From the NCBI GenBank assembly GCA_003222245.1, contig QHVH01000011.1:5910-69909 (forward strand): a stretch of 64,000 bases of DNA, read 5' to 3'. A program made the translations under genes and the position numbers. The notes under the pieces were generated by a model that was not told where the DNA came from, made no database searches, and saw only the letters and a program-made list of their open reading frames with translations. The DNA is from Blastocatellia bacterium AA13 (lineage in GTDB: Bacteria; Acidobacteriota; Blastocatellia; UBA7656). This document shows, piece by piece, positions 10,829-20,460 of the stretch; positions within the stretch are counted from its first letter, which is position 1, and each line of letters begins with the position of its first letter.

Positions 10829-10845
10829 AGGGAGCCGTTGGAATT

Positions 10846-11442
10846 CTATGCCGCGCTGGCCTGGACGAGATGGCCTCGCCCCTCGAGCGTCGAGAGATCG
10901 AGATCGGCGACGCACTTGACCTTTACATAGTCGAGCGTCAAACCGCCTTCGATGTGAACCGTGCCCGTTCCACTTTCGAAGTCCGCTCCGCCGAAGTTAC
11001 AGGAGTCGCGGTCCAGCCTGACCCCGAGCTCGGTTCCGCCCTTCGTGTCGGTGAACTTGATGTGCACGTAGTTGCGGTCGATCGCCTCTTTCAACAGTGC
11101 GGTCGTGCGCTCCGGCCGCAGCCCTGCTTCGACCGGGTGGTCGCCTTCGCAGAGGCGTTCTACAAGACTCTTCTCCTTCGGTCGATTCGGGTCCGGAGCC
11201 GGAGGCGGCGGGGGTGGGTTCTTCGCAAGCTCCTCCATTTTCTTTCGCAGGCTGAGCGGCCTCATATCCGTCCAGACCTCTTTAATGTAGGCTAGGCAGT
11301 CGGCTTTCGGGCCGGACTTGCCGGCGTCAGTCCACCCAAGCGGATTCTCTTTGTACTCGGGCCATATCGAGTACTGCTCTTCGTGGTTGACCACGACCTT
11401 GTAAATCGTCGTGTCTTCTCTATCCGGATCACTCCAGCTCAT
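10846..11442 (-). CDS. MbtH-like NRPS accessory protein fused to a ~110-aa C-terminal domain
   Basis: [13 protein letters not shown]...P.GW...[18 protein letters not shown] MbtH signature, poly-Pro linker, extra domain; AAGGAG RBS. Confidence 0.9.
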   Translation of the reverse strand: MSWSDPDREDTTIYKVVVNHEEQYSIWPEYKENPLGWTDAGKSGPKADCLAYIKEVWTDMRPLSLRKKMEELAKNPPPPPPAPDPNRPKEKSLVERLCEGDHPVEAGLRPERTTALLKEAIDRNYVHIKFTDTKGGTELGVRLDRDSCNFGGADFESGTGTVHIEGGLTLDYVKVKCVADLDLSTLEGRGHLVQASAA

Positions 11443-11476
11443 AATCTTCTCCTTTTATCATGAATTCAATCAACAC

Positions 11477-11520
11477 AACACGGTCGTAAAATGGTCGCAA
11501 CATGGTCGTATCATGGCCGG
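11477..11520. repeat. Four tandem 11-bp imperfect direct repeats upstream of the mbtH fusion
   Basis: AACACGGTCGT / AAAATGGTCGC / AACATGGTCGT / ATCATGGCCGG. Confidence 0.7.
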
Positions 11521-11584
11521 CCGGACCGCCGCCATTTTTTCTCCTGCTCCTCTTCTTCCCATTTGTCTCATATAGTCCATTGGA

Positions 11585-12121
11585 TTACGAATCTGTTTGA
11601 GCCTGGGGGCGCAGCCGCATCTTCTCGATAAGGACCGTGGCCTGATACTCGACGGTCTTAAGCAAAATCACGGCTCTTTCGCCATCCGAAAGCTCGCGTT
11701 CGAATACTCCCGCCAATCCCTGCAGAGGACCGTCGTTAACGATCACCGGATCGCCCTTACGCAGCACAACCCCGTTGTTCCGCACGAACCCGTCGGCCCC
11801 TATGCGGTCCGTTATCGCGTTGACTACTTCTTCGCCTAGAGGTATCGGAACCTCGCCGGTGCAGAGCACTCGATTGACGCCGCGAGCATATCGAATCGAG
11901 TGGAGATGAGAAGATGGCCTGAAGCGCGCGAAAAGATATCCCGGGAATAACGGCTTCACCATCACCCGTCGGCTCCCCGTTTCGGATTTTTCGCGTTTAA
12001 TTTTTGGCAGCAGCACCGTCAGCCCAAGCCTCCTGATATTGCTGGCGGCATTGTCTTCGCGATAAGGCTTAGTTTGAATCGCGTACCAGTTATCCTGCGA
12101 TAAGAATGCCAAGTCTGTCAT
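11585..12121 (-). CDS. Specialised NusG paralog (RfaH/UpxY/LoaP-like antiterminator)
   Basis: WYAIQTKP, PLFPGYLFARF (NGN domain), GDPVIVNDGPLQGLAG (KOW); heads an accessory operon. Confidence 0.88.
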   Translation of the reverse strand: MTDLAFLSQDNWYAIQTKPYREDNAASNIRRLGLTVLLPKIKREKSETGSRRVMVKPLFPGYLFARFRPSSHLHSIRYARGVNRVLCTGEVPIPLGEEVVNAITDRIGADGFVRNNGVVLRKGDPVIVNDGPLQGLAGVFERELSDGERAVILLKTVEYQATVLIEKMRLRPQAQTDS

Positions 12122-12495
12122 AAGTATTTCTGCCAGTCTTCATTTAGCGCGCACTTCAGATGGCCGCAGCTCGGCTAAGTACAGCGCCATTGCCTGTAGA
12201 CAGCGGTGAATCCAATGACTTGCCCAGAATTGCTTGCCGGAGCCTATTTCGGTTTCCTGTCTCCGAGTAGTCAGTTTTGGCATCGGCTCTCAGGTTTCAC
12301 GACGACAAACTAAAGATGTTGCGAGCCGGGCTGCGAAGCGTGAAAGTCTCAGTTGGAGAATGTGAAAACTAAACCACGGCGAGATGAAAGAAGATTTATC
12401 GTCAGCAAAGCCATGTTGGGGCTGATTTTGTTTCGCTTGAAACTGCTTACAGAATTACGCCCGACAGTCAGGCTGTTAGTTGAATGGCCGGCACG

Positions 12496-14106
12496 CTAAA
12501 ACCCATCAAATGGATCACCGCCGCCCGATTTTTCGACCTCGCTGACCCGTGTAGCCCATGACGGAAACGGGAACTGGACCAGCAGCGGAGTCGGAATTTC
12601 CGGCTGATGAACGATGACCGAGCCGGGCTTCAAGATACCGGCGCGGCCCCGGCTCGCAGCCGTCAAGAATCGATACTCGTCGCGGCTCGCTTCGGCCAGA
12701 TCCAACCGGCCTACAACCCTGAACGCGCAGTTGCCGACCACTCGTCGCTCGACTTCGCTTGCCGTTTGTTGAGCGCCGATTAAGATGACCCCCAGGCTCC
12801 TGCCGCGTTCCGAGATATCGAGCAACACTTCCTTGATCGGGCTCCAGCCATCCCGGGGCGCGTACTTGTTCAACTCATCGAGCACGATGAACACAAGCGG
12901 CCGGGCCGTACCGGTCTTCTCCTTATCTTCGAACATCCGGCGAAGAACGACGCCGACCACAAACCGCTTGGCGCGGTCGTGAAGGTTGTGAATATCAACT
13001 ACGGTGACCTGCTTCTTCTTCCAATCGATGCGGTGACGATCGGATTCGGAAACCCGTCCTCGAATCAAATGCCCGATTCGAAACGAAGCGGCGCGAAGCC
13101 GCCGTTCGAAAGCCGCTATAGTTCCCTGCGCCGCTGAGACCCAGTGAGTAACGCTCAGACATATGAAATCGACCAAATGATCGAACGTCTCGTAGGGGCT
13201 GAGATCGGCTTCCAGAGCCAGGGCCGCCTCGACGCGATCTATGACCGCCGACAGATGACTCGTCTCATCGTCGGCTTCGGCAAACAGGAAACGAAGATAC
13301 CGCTCGCGACAGAATTCTTCGATAGTCCAGCAAAACGCGGTAACGCCTTCTTGCCGGCTGCCGGTGTCCGGCAGCAGGACTTCTTCCCGAGCTTTAACGG
13401 GAGCGAAAATGGCCACGCTCGAAAACGCATTCGGAGTGAGACCGAGCTTCGCGTACGCTTCACTCGTTTCAGGCTTTCGACGCGCGTTCGGCTTGTCCAG
13501 GAAGAGCAGGTCTTCGCCTTTGACGTTGAATATGATCGCTCGCGTGTTCGTCGCCTGCTCCTCCAGTATTCCGCTCTGAAAAAGACCGTATAGGAGAAAT
13601 GTCGCGTAGCTTGTCTTGGTAGCGACGCCGGAAATTCCGGAGATGTTTATATGCGCGCCTCGCGAGCCGTCCAGGAATTCCAAATTGCCGTAGACCACCT
13701 CGCCGTCTCGCGAAAGCCCAAGCGGAAACTTCGTATTCATCGAATCGAAGAACAGCGCCTGATGGCGATCGGCTCCGGCAGCTCGAAATACGGACTGACC
13801 CGGCAGCGGCGGCACGAAGATCTCGGGTTCGACTCGGGTCACGGACACGTGGGCGATTATCGATTTACCCAGTGGAAAGATTCCTTGCTCGGATAGAAAC
13901 ACATCGCTATCGAATCTCGCGCCTTCGTGTCTCGCCTTCAGGATGTCTACGATTCCGTAGAGTGAAACTCGGCCGCCGTTCGGCAGCTCGCGGGTGACAA
14001 AAACCACATCGTCCAATTGAACTACTTGATCGGGCGACACCGCGATCCAAAATTCGAGCGGCTCCGCGTCTTGGGTGCCAAGGACCTTTCCGATTTCTGT
14101 GCTCAT
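12496..14106 (-). CDS. herA: HerA-family ATPase (HAS barrel + DUF87)
   Basis: Variant Walker A GISGVATKTS, FNVKGEDL, Walker B IVLDELNKYAP, ERGRSLGVILIGAQQ; coupled to upstream nurA. Confidence 0.85.
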   Translation of the reverse strand: MSTEIGKVLGTQDAEPLEFWIAVSPDQVVQLDDVVFVTRELPNGGRVSLYGIVDILKARHEGARFDSDVFLSEQGIFPLGKSIIAHVSVTRVEPEIFVPPLPGQSVFRAAGADRHQALFFDSMNTKFPLGLSRDGEVVYGNLEFLDGSRGAHINISGISGVATKTSYATFLLYGLFQSGILEEQATNTRAIIFNVKGEDLLFLDKPNARRKPETSEAYAKLGLTPNAFSSVAIFAPVKAREEVLLPDTGSRQEGVTAFCWTIEEFCRERYLRFLFAEADDETSHLSAVIDRVEAALALEADLSPYETFDHLVDFICLSVTHWVSAAQGTIAAFERRLRAASFRIGHLIRGRVSESDRHRIDWKKKQVTVVDIHNLHDRAKRFVVGVVLRRMFEDKEKTGTARPLVFIVLDELNKYAPRDGWSPIKEVLLDISERGRSLGVILIGAQQTASEVERRVVGNCAFRVVGRLDLAEASRDEYRFLTAASRGRAGILKPGSVIVHQPEIPTPLLVQFPFPSWATRVSEVEKSGGGDPFDGF

Positions 14107-15077
14107 TGACTTACCTGAAACAATCGCGCCTCAATCGCCCTTCTGATCGTCAACGAATCGCCCAGCCTATGACGCAGCTCATTTTCAAGCGAGCCTACAG
14201 GCATCAGGTTCTGAGGCGAGCGCGGATCGCGAAATGACTCCGCGGTAAAATTCGGCAAGCATGTTGAGGATAGATCGGCCAGCTCGATCGCTCTTTGAAG
14301 CCCGAGACCCGTTCGCACTTCGAGCCTCAACACTCCGGCAACGTCGTGATCCACTGCGCGCGGCTCACCTACTCTGAGATACCACGAGTAGCGATCATAT
14401 TGGCCTTTAGTGATCATGAAAAGCGGCGTCCGTCGGCCGGTTCTAAGCCTCCGCACGAGGTCGAACTGCGGCGACGGAAGATAAGCTTCGACCAGCCGCT
14501 TGATTACTCCAACCGCCGGCTGATTGATGCCGGCGAAATACGTGAGCGGTCCGTCGGCAAATACACAGGCCGAATCTCTCGACAGTTCTTCCGCAAGACG
14601 GGCCTCGGCTTCCCGCATCGAGTTCTGCAAGCACTCGACGGCGGCGGCTGGCTTGTTGTCGGATGCGGCGACCGGTTCAAAGGTCAGTTCAGTATTTCCG
14701 ATCTTGACCGAGTTGGCATCCGCGATCACCTGATCTTCAAGAGGGGCACCCGTGCCTACGACTATGCGGCGTCCAACTCTGATCTCCTGGAAGGCGGCTG
14801 TGTTTTGTTCGACGCGAACGCAGCCGACGGCGAATGAGCCGAAGAGACCTCGAATGATCCGACCGGTTTCGTCATCGAGAATAATGCGAGTCTCCACGCG
14901 CCTGACCCCATCGACGAAATGAAGAGGCTCGGGCCTTGGACCGGGCTTCGGCTCGACAGCGCGCCACTCGATGTTCTCGACGTCGGTATAGATTTTGCCT
15001 TCCGAATCGGGCTCAAGCTCCTCGATCTGGAACGCGCTTTCGTACTCAGCCGGCCAGGGATCAATTCGAATCATCAT
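14103..15077 (-). CDS. nurA: NurA-family nuclease
   Basis: FVDGVRR, FADGPL, GVIKR, DPRSPQNL..V..LE motifs; 4-bp overlap with herA. Confidence 0.82.
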   Translation of the reverse strand: MMIRIDPWPAEYESAFQIEELEPDSEGKIYTDVENIEWRAVEPKPGPRPEPLHFVDGVRRVETRIILDDETGRIIRGLFGSFAVGCVRVEQNTAAFQEIRVGRRIVVGTGAPLEDQVIADANSVKIGNTELTFEPVAASDNKPAAAVECLQNSMREAEARLAEELSRDSACVFADGPLTYFAGINQPAVGVIKRLVEAYLPSPQFDLVRRLRTGRRTPLFMITKGQYDRYSWYLRVGEPRAVDHDVAGVLRLEVRTGLGLQRAIELADLSSTCLPNFTAESFRDPRSPQNLMPVGSLENELRHRLGDSLTIRRAIEARLFQVSQ

Positions 15078-15411
15078 TTAGTTCAAACTCGCGGCAAGCC
15101 CACGTCGGTTTTAATCTTCGGGGCGCCATCAAAGGCGCATGGTCCATGATCGTCGATATTTTATTCATTTTGAAGTTCAACGCGCGATTGCGCTTGGTTA
15201 GGTCGAGCAGTTTGCGTTTCCAGTTTTCTACCGAAGCGGCGACTCGCTCATTCTGGCTCGCTTCTTGTGCAATTGGTGTATCTCCGTGGATGGAAGATAT
15301 GTCCTGGTACAGGATAATAGGCGTCTGCTTCATAGATACTATTCGACGCGGTGCATTGAATGGAAACGGAGGCGTAAACTCGGCCGATGTTACATCCTTC
15401 TCCTCAGTCAA
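15061..15411 (-). pseudogene. N-terminal fragment of a DUF4011-domain (helicase-associated) protein
   Basis: ENWKRKLLDLTKRNRALNFK matches the DUF4011 start motif; similarity is lost soon afterwards and the ORF ends at 116 aa. Confidence 0.7.
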
Positions 15412-15675
15412 TCAAGTTGAAGGGAGGCAATAGAAGGCAATAGGTCAGGCGGATAAAGCAAAGCAATGCAACAATGTTCGTATAATCGGCCAAGCATAGC
15501 TAACTTCAACGCGAAGACTCGGCAAGCATTGCTACCCTCATACCGCTTCAGCCGCGACTGAATGCGAAATCATCAGCGCCAGGCAATTCTGAATCTCTAT
15601 CATTAGAATTGATTTTACGCCGGTTTCGTTTCAGTATATGTCCCGCCATTGTCTTACCGGGAACAAGGAGGTCGT

Positions 15676-16926
15676 ATGAGTAACGCAAGAAGAGCAGCTC
15701 TCTTATCGATGCTGGCGGCTTTGATTCTCTCACTCAGTGGAGACGTATCGGCGCGAGGAAGAGAGATTTCTCTGAGAGCATCCGCGTCGGCGAAACCTGC
15801 CGTTATTAAGCCGGCTGCTCCTCAGATCGCTATCGTGATCCCCTCGAATCCAGTTGTAGTCGCGCCGGGACAGCCCGCTGTAGGCTCGCAAGAAGCGGCA
15901 ACGCCGGGCTCGGCTGGAGTCAAAACGGCGAGCCCGACCGCCGGAATTATCAACGCCCTGTGCAAGGTGACGTTGAACATCGTCGGATGCGGCTTCGACC
16001 CCGATACCGTGACGCTCAGTTGCGATACAAACAGCGATGGCTTGCCTGACAGCACGATTAAACTCCAGGATGTGACCGTGGTGAGCCACAACCTGGTTCA
16101 GGCCGTGCTGGTTCCGGTTTCGGATCAACTCCCCGGCACGGCGTTCCCCCTCTCGTGCTGCGGAGGCATCGCTACTCTGACGCTTTCGAGAACCTTCAAT
16201 GCGGCCGACGATAACATTTTTGGACCCTTCACTCAGACAACATCCATCAAGATCGATTTAGGGCTGAGAGCGCCGGTCGTTGTATCCGCTTCGCCGGCAG
16301 CCGGAGATTGCAGCCTGCCTCAGGACTTAGTCATTCCCGGGGCCTGTTTTCTTGGGGCCGACGGCCTCTCGAACATTACCAGCGTGTTCGCAGTCGATCG
16401 AGCGAACCCGAACAACGTGGTTCAGGCGACGCGGTTTGTCGTGTTGAATTCCAATTTGATCGACGCGCTGTTTAACTTCAGCGGCGCAAACGCGGGAAAG
16501 ACGTTTCTGATCTTCGTCAGCGGGCGCAACGGCACGAGCCGGAATCTTACGTCGCTGCCGAACGGCGCTTCTACGGGATGCCCCATCGGAAATGAGCAAG
16601 GCATTCAAGTGACCTTCTCGTGCAGATCAAACACTCCCGCAGCTCAGGATGTCGCCGTCATTCAATCGTGCTCCCTGGACCGAACTGACGCCGGAAGCGT
16701 CGTCCTGAATATCGCGGGCCTGAACATCAAGCCGGACGCGGTCGTCACCATAAACGGCCTGACCGTCAAGAAAGTGAAGTTCAAACAGCTCGACGCGTCG
16801 ACCAGCACATACAGAGCGCTGCAAGTAAAAGGCGGGCTCTGCGGAATGCTGCCCGGCCTGGTTGTGGTCACGAACCCCGGCATGCCGGGATCGGCGCCGT
16901 TCTCGCTCGCGGTTACGTGCGACTGA
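15676..16926 (+). CDS. Secreted cysteine-rich hypothetical protein (Ig/IPT-like beta domains)
   Basis: AAGGAGG RBS, signal peptide, 12 Cys, beta-rich segments. Confidence 0.6.
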   Translation: MSNARRAALLSMLAALILSLSGDVSARGREISLRASASAKPAVIKPAAPQIAIVIPSNPVVVAPGQPAVGSQEAATPGSAGVKTASPTAGIINALCKVTLNIVGCGFDPDTVTLSCDTNSDGLPDSTIKLQDVTVVSHNLVQAVLVPVSDQLPGTAFPLSCCGGIATLTLSRTFNAADDNIFGPFTQTTSIKIDLGLRAPVVVSASPAAGDCSLPQDLVIPGACFLGADGLSNITSVFAVDRANPNNVVQATRFVVLNSNLIDALFNFSGANAGKTFLIFVSGRNGTSRNLTSLPNGASTGCPIGNEQGIQVTFSCRSNTPAAQDVAVIQSCSLDRTDAGSVVLNIAGLNIKPDAVVTINGLTVKKVKFKQLDASTSTYRALQVKGGLCGMLPGLVVVTNPGMPGSAPFSLAVTCD

Positions 16927-16976
16927 TAATCGCGGGTCCGATACACCTGAAAGCTCTGCTTTAGCAGCTCATTTGA

Positions 16977-18065
16977 ATGTCGAGTTCCGTCACAGATTCC
17001 GCGTTCGAGGCTTCGATCGCGGAACACGTCACGCTGGCCCCGTTTACGACGCTTGGAATTGGAGGACCCGCTCGCTACTTCGCGGAGGCGACCAGTACCA
17101 CCGACCTATTGAACGGTATTGAGTGGGCAAGGCAGAGAGACCTTCCGCTCTTCGTGCTCGGGGGCGGAAGCAACGTCGTCGTCTCGGACGAGGGCTTTCG
17201 CGGACTCGTGCTGCGAGTGCAGCTTCGTGGAATTGAAACCAGGGCGGACGGCGATCGCGTAATTGTCGAAGCGCGCGCAGGAGAGGATTGGGACTCGCTT
17301 GTCTCCTTCTGCGTCAATAAAGGCTTAGCCGGTATTGAATGTCTATCGGGAATTCCGGGTCTGGTCGGCGCGACACCGGTTCAGAACGTCGGGGCTTACG
17401 GCCAGGAGATCAGCGAAACGGTTGTCTCGGTCGAAGCCGTGGACCTAACCACGAAGAATCTGGTCGCGATAAGCGGTGAGGCGTGTGGATTTGCATATCG
17501 CTCCAGCCGCTTTAAAGCCGCGGACCGGGGACGCTTCGTTGTAACCAAGGTCTCATATCGATTGGCTCCGAATGGCCGGGCCTCGGTGAGATATCCGGAG
17601 CTGAAAGCCTGCTTGAAGAACAACGGGCGTGAGAATACCGACGCCGCATCGATCAAAGAAGTAAGGGCCGCCGTTCTCGCAATCCGCAAGCGAAAAGCGA
17701 TGGTGATCGATCCATCCGATCCCGATTCACGCAGCGTCGGCTCCTTCTTTGTAAACCCGGTGACAACCCGCGAAACTCTCGAGCGAGTCAGATCGGTCGA
17801 CACAACGCTTCCAGGCATTCCGAATTTCCCAGCCGGAGAAGAGATGGTGAAGCTCTCGGCCGCGTGGCTGATAGAGCAGGCCGGAATGCGCCGCGGCTAC
17901 GTGCGAGGCGGCGTTGGAATATCAAAGAAACACACGCTGGCGATAATCAATCTCGGGACAGGTACGGCTCGAGAAGTTCTCGCACTGGCGGAAGAGATGA
18001 AATCACGCGTCAGGGACAAGTTCGGCATCGAGCTGGTTCCCGAGCCAGTGTTTGTCGGATTTTGA
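16977..18065 (+). CDS. murB: UDP-N-acetylenolpyruvoylglucosamine reductase
   Basis: TTLGIGGPA, LGGGSNVV, GIPGLVGATPVQNVGAYG, FAYRSS.FK, SVGSFFVNP, LVPEP. Confidence 0.95.
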   Translation: MSSSVTDSAFEASIAEHVTLAPFTTLGIGGPARYFAEATSTTDLLNGIEWARQRDLPLFVLGGGSNVVVSDEGFRGLVLRVQLRGIETRADGDRVIVEARAGEDWDSLVSFCVNKGLAGIECLSGIPGLVGATPVQNVGAYGQEISETVVSVEAVDLTTKNLVAISGEACGFAYRSSRFKAADRGRFVVTKVSYRLAPNGRASVRYPELKACLKNNGRENTDAASIKEVRAAVLAIRKRKAMVIDPSDPDSRSVGSFFVNPVTTRETLERVRSVDTTLPGIPNFPAGEEMVKLSAAWLIEQAGMRRGYVRGGVGISKKHTLAIINLGTGTAREVLALAEEMKSRVRDKFGIELVPEPVFVGF

Positions 18066-18188
18066 TTTATCGGACTTTGAATGGCTACAGCCTTTTCGTT
18101 TCTCGCATTGAGCACAATCGACGGCGAGTGATACAAGTCAGCAGCTTTACGTAGTGATCCGACTGTCAACGCTCGGAGGTTATTCCGG

Positions 18189-19427
18189 ATGAGCACATCA
18201 AGATTCCTGATCTTCGTCTGCGGCGTCTGCGGCGCCCTGGTTATTATCGCTTCAGTGCTGATTGCTCCAGCGTGGACAGCTCCTGAATCGCACTTGATGA
18301 ATTCGCGCTCCGAATTGCCGGTGAATCAAACCGGCAAGAGCTGGTACTTCGCCGTGTCGGGAGATTCGCGCGACTGCGGCGACTTAGTAATGCCGAAAAT
18401 CGCAAAATCGATCGAGAATATAAGCAGCCGGACCCCGGTCGAGTTCTACTGGCACATGGGCGATTTCAGACGCATGTTCGATATCGATTGCGATATGTTG
18501 AAGCGAAAGTATCCGAACTTCGACTGCGTGACGCGATCCGGCGGCGGGCTCGGGCCAGACGAGATGAACGAGTACCTCGATGCTGCATGGGATGACTTCA
18601 TCAAGAATCAGATCGCGCCATTCGGAAAGACGCCGGTCTTTCTCGGAATCGGAAATCACGAGCTGCTTGCAAACCGCACTCGAAACGAATATCGCCGAAA
18701 GTTTCAAAAATGGCTCACTCAGCAGCCGCTGCACGACCAGCGAAACTACGACGCCGCTAATTATCACCTCTATACAAACGAGGGCGATACCTACTATCAC
18801 TTCATCAAAAACGGTGTTGATTTCATCTATCTGGACAACGCCGACGCGACCGAGTTCGACGCGGCGCAGATCAACTGGTTGAGCGAGGTCCTCAAAGCCG
18901 ATGGGGCCGCGGAAACGGCGCCGTCGGCAAGGAAGAACGATGTTACGACAATCGTAGTAGGAATGCATGCGGCTCTTCCATACAGCAAGTCTCGGAATCA
19001 CGGGATGGACGCAACGTGCCAGGGCGTTTGCTCGGGCCGGCAGGTCTACGACATGCTGCGACGGGCTCAGACCGTGTTTGGAAAAAAGATCTATGCGCTG
19101 GCAAGCCATTCTCATTATTTTCAGGAGAACATTTTTGAAACGCAGCAGCTGGAAGGACAGAGCATTCAGGGCTGGCTGGTCGGAACCGCGGGAGCCGAGC
19201 AATACAAGTCGGATTTTTGGCAGAGCATTCAGTATGGGTATCTGCTTATTGAGGTACGCGCCGACGGAACGCTCAACCCGCGTTTCAATCCTGTCACTCG
19301 GGACATGCCGCCGCAGGCGACTGGAGAAGGCGCCGCGAGTTTGACGACCTTCTGCTACGAGAAGAATATGCGCCCGGCTACGAACGATGCTTTCACGGGG
19401 AGCTGCGCGTGCGGCGCGATAAATTAG
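18189..19427 (+). CDS. Exported calcineurin-like metallophosphoesterase
   Basis: GDSR, HMGDF, GIGNHE, GMHA, ASHSH motifs; N-terminal hydrophobic segment; GGAGG RBS. Confidence 0.75.
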   Translation: MSTSRFLIFVCGVCGALVIIASVLIAPAWTAPESHLMNSRSELPVNQTGKSWYFAVSGDSRDCGDLVMPKIAKSIENISSRTPVEFYWHMGDFRRMFDIDCDMLKRKYPNFDCVTRSGGGLGPDEMNEYLDAAWDDFIKNQIAPFGKTPVFLGIGNHELLANRTRNEYRRKFQKWLTQQPLHDQRNYDAANYHLYTNEGDTYYHFIKNGVDFIYLDNADATEFDAAQINWLSEVLKADGAAETAPSARKNDVTTIVVGMHAALPYSKSRNHGMDATCQGVCSGRQVYDMLRRAQTVFGKKIYALASHSHYFQENIFETQQLEGQSIQGWLVGTAGAEQYKSDFWQSIQYGYLLIEVRADGTLNPRFNPVTRDMPPQATGEGAASLTTFCYEKNMRPATNDAFTGSCACGAIN

Positions 19428-19875
19428 ATGCGGCTGTTTCCATCCAGTTGAATGTCGAATGAATGACGCAAGCTTCAAGATGCCCTCGCCAAAGCGGCGC
19501 TCGTTAAGCGCATCGATGGACATCTTCCGCGACGACTCTGAGACCGAAGTTCAGCCAGGCGATCGCCCTCCGCCGATTCTTATTGTGCGTATTTTTTTCG
19601 GATACATATCCGGCCGATTTTCTCTTGTCAGTACAACTCAGCCCAATTAGTATACGCAGACGCAAGGGCAAGCTCAGCATTTTAAAACAGGTTTGAGTGG
19701 CTCCGATGAGCTGAGAGGGTGCTTCCGGCGCCCTGTTTACAGTGGAATCACGCCGCAAAGGACGGGTGAGAGACTGCATAGAGAACGCACCGGAAATTTT
19801 CGGGGGTGAGGCGCGGAACAGTCCAGCGACAACCGCGTTGTCAGCGACGGAAGGCTCAGACCGGAGGGAATCCAG

Positions 19876-20460
19876 ATGGGCAGCAAGACGATTTCGCGAC
19901 GGCGCTTCTTTATTGAGTCGTGCGCCGGAGTCAGCTCAGCGTGGCTACTCTCAAACGTGCTTGATATTCCGTTTGCACAGGAGCACGCGCATCAGGCGGC
20001 GCTATCGCCGACGCCAACGAAGTTAGAATTCCTTTCTCCGGAACAGGCTGCCGAGATCGAAGCAATTGCTGCCCAGATCATTCCTACCGATGAAACCCCG
20101 GGCGCCCGCGAAGCGCGTGTCATATATTTTATCGATCGCGCCTTGGCGACCTTCGCCTCAGACGATCGTCCTGCCGTTATGAAAGGCCTCGACGATCTGC
20201 AATCACGAGTGAGGAAACGGTTCAAGAACTCGGGCAAATTCTCCGAGCTTAAGTCGAAACAGCAGATCGAGGTGCTCAAGTCTATTGAGAAGGGGAGCTT
20301 CTTCGAACTCATCAGGACGATGACGGTGTGCGGTATGTTCGCCGACCCCTCATATGGAGGCAACTACAACGAGATCGGGTGGAAGATGGTCGGCTTCTCC
20401 GACGATTTTGCCTTCGAACCTCCTTTTGGTTTCTATGATCAGGAGAGCGAGGCCAAGTGA
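19876..20460 (+). CDS. Gluconate 2-dehydrogenase subunit 3 family (Tat escort subunit)
   Basis: Tat motif SRRRFF; IIPTDETPGAREARVIYFID; GMFADPSYGGN...GWKMVGF. Confidence 0.88.
   Translation: MGSKTISRRRFFIESCAGVSSAWLLSNVLDIPFAQEHAHQAALSPTPTKLEFLSPEQAAEIEAIAAQIIPTDETPGAREARVIYFIDRALATFASDDRPAVMKGLDDLQSRVRKRFKNSGKFSELKSKQQIEVLKSIEKGSFFELIRTMTVCGMFADPSYGGNYNEIGWKMVGFSDDFAFEPPFGFYDQESEAK

Noticed and set aside
12122-12495. Leader upstream of the NusG paralog searched for an ops element or LoaP-type hairpin
   Set aside because: No GGCGGTAG ops match or convincing hairpin seen
18384-19523. 379-aa minus-strand ORF
   Set aside because: Antisense shadow of the metallophosphoesterase gene; no motifs. 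Its first residues (IDALNERRFGEG.LKLAS) faintly recall a UmuC C-terminus, but the match is too short to support.
19428-19875. Long intergenic region with CTGAGA and GCAAA motifs suggesting a riboswitch
   Set aside because: Could not assemble a TPP, glycine or c-di-GMP aptamer consensus; needs an Rfam scan
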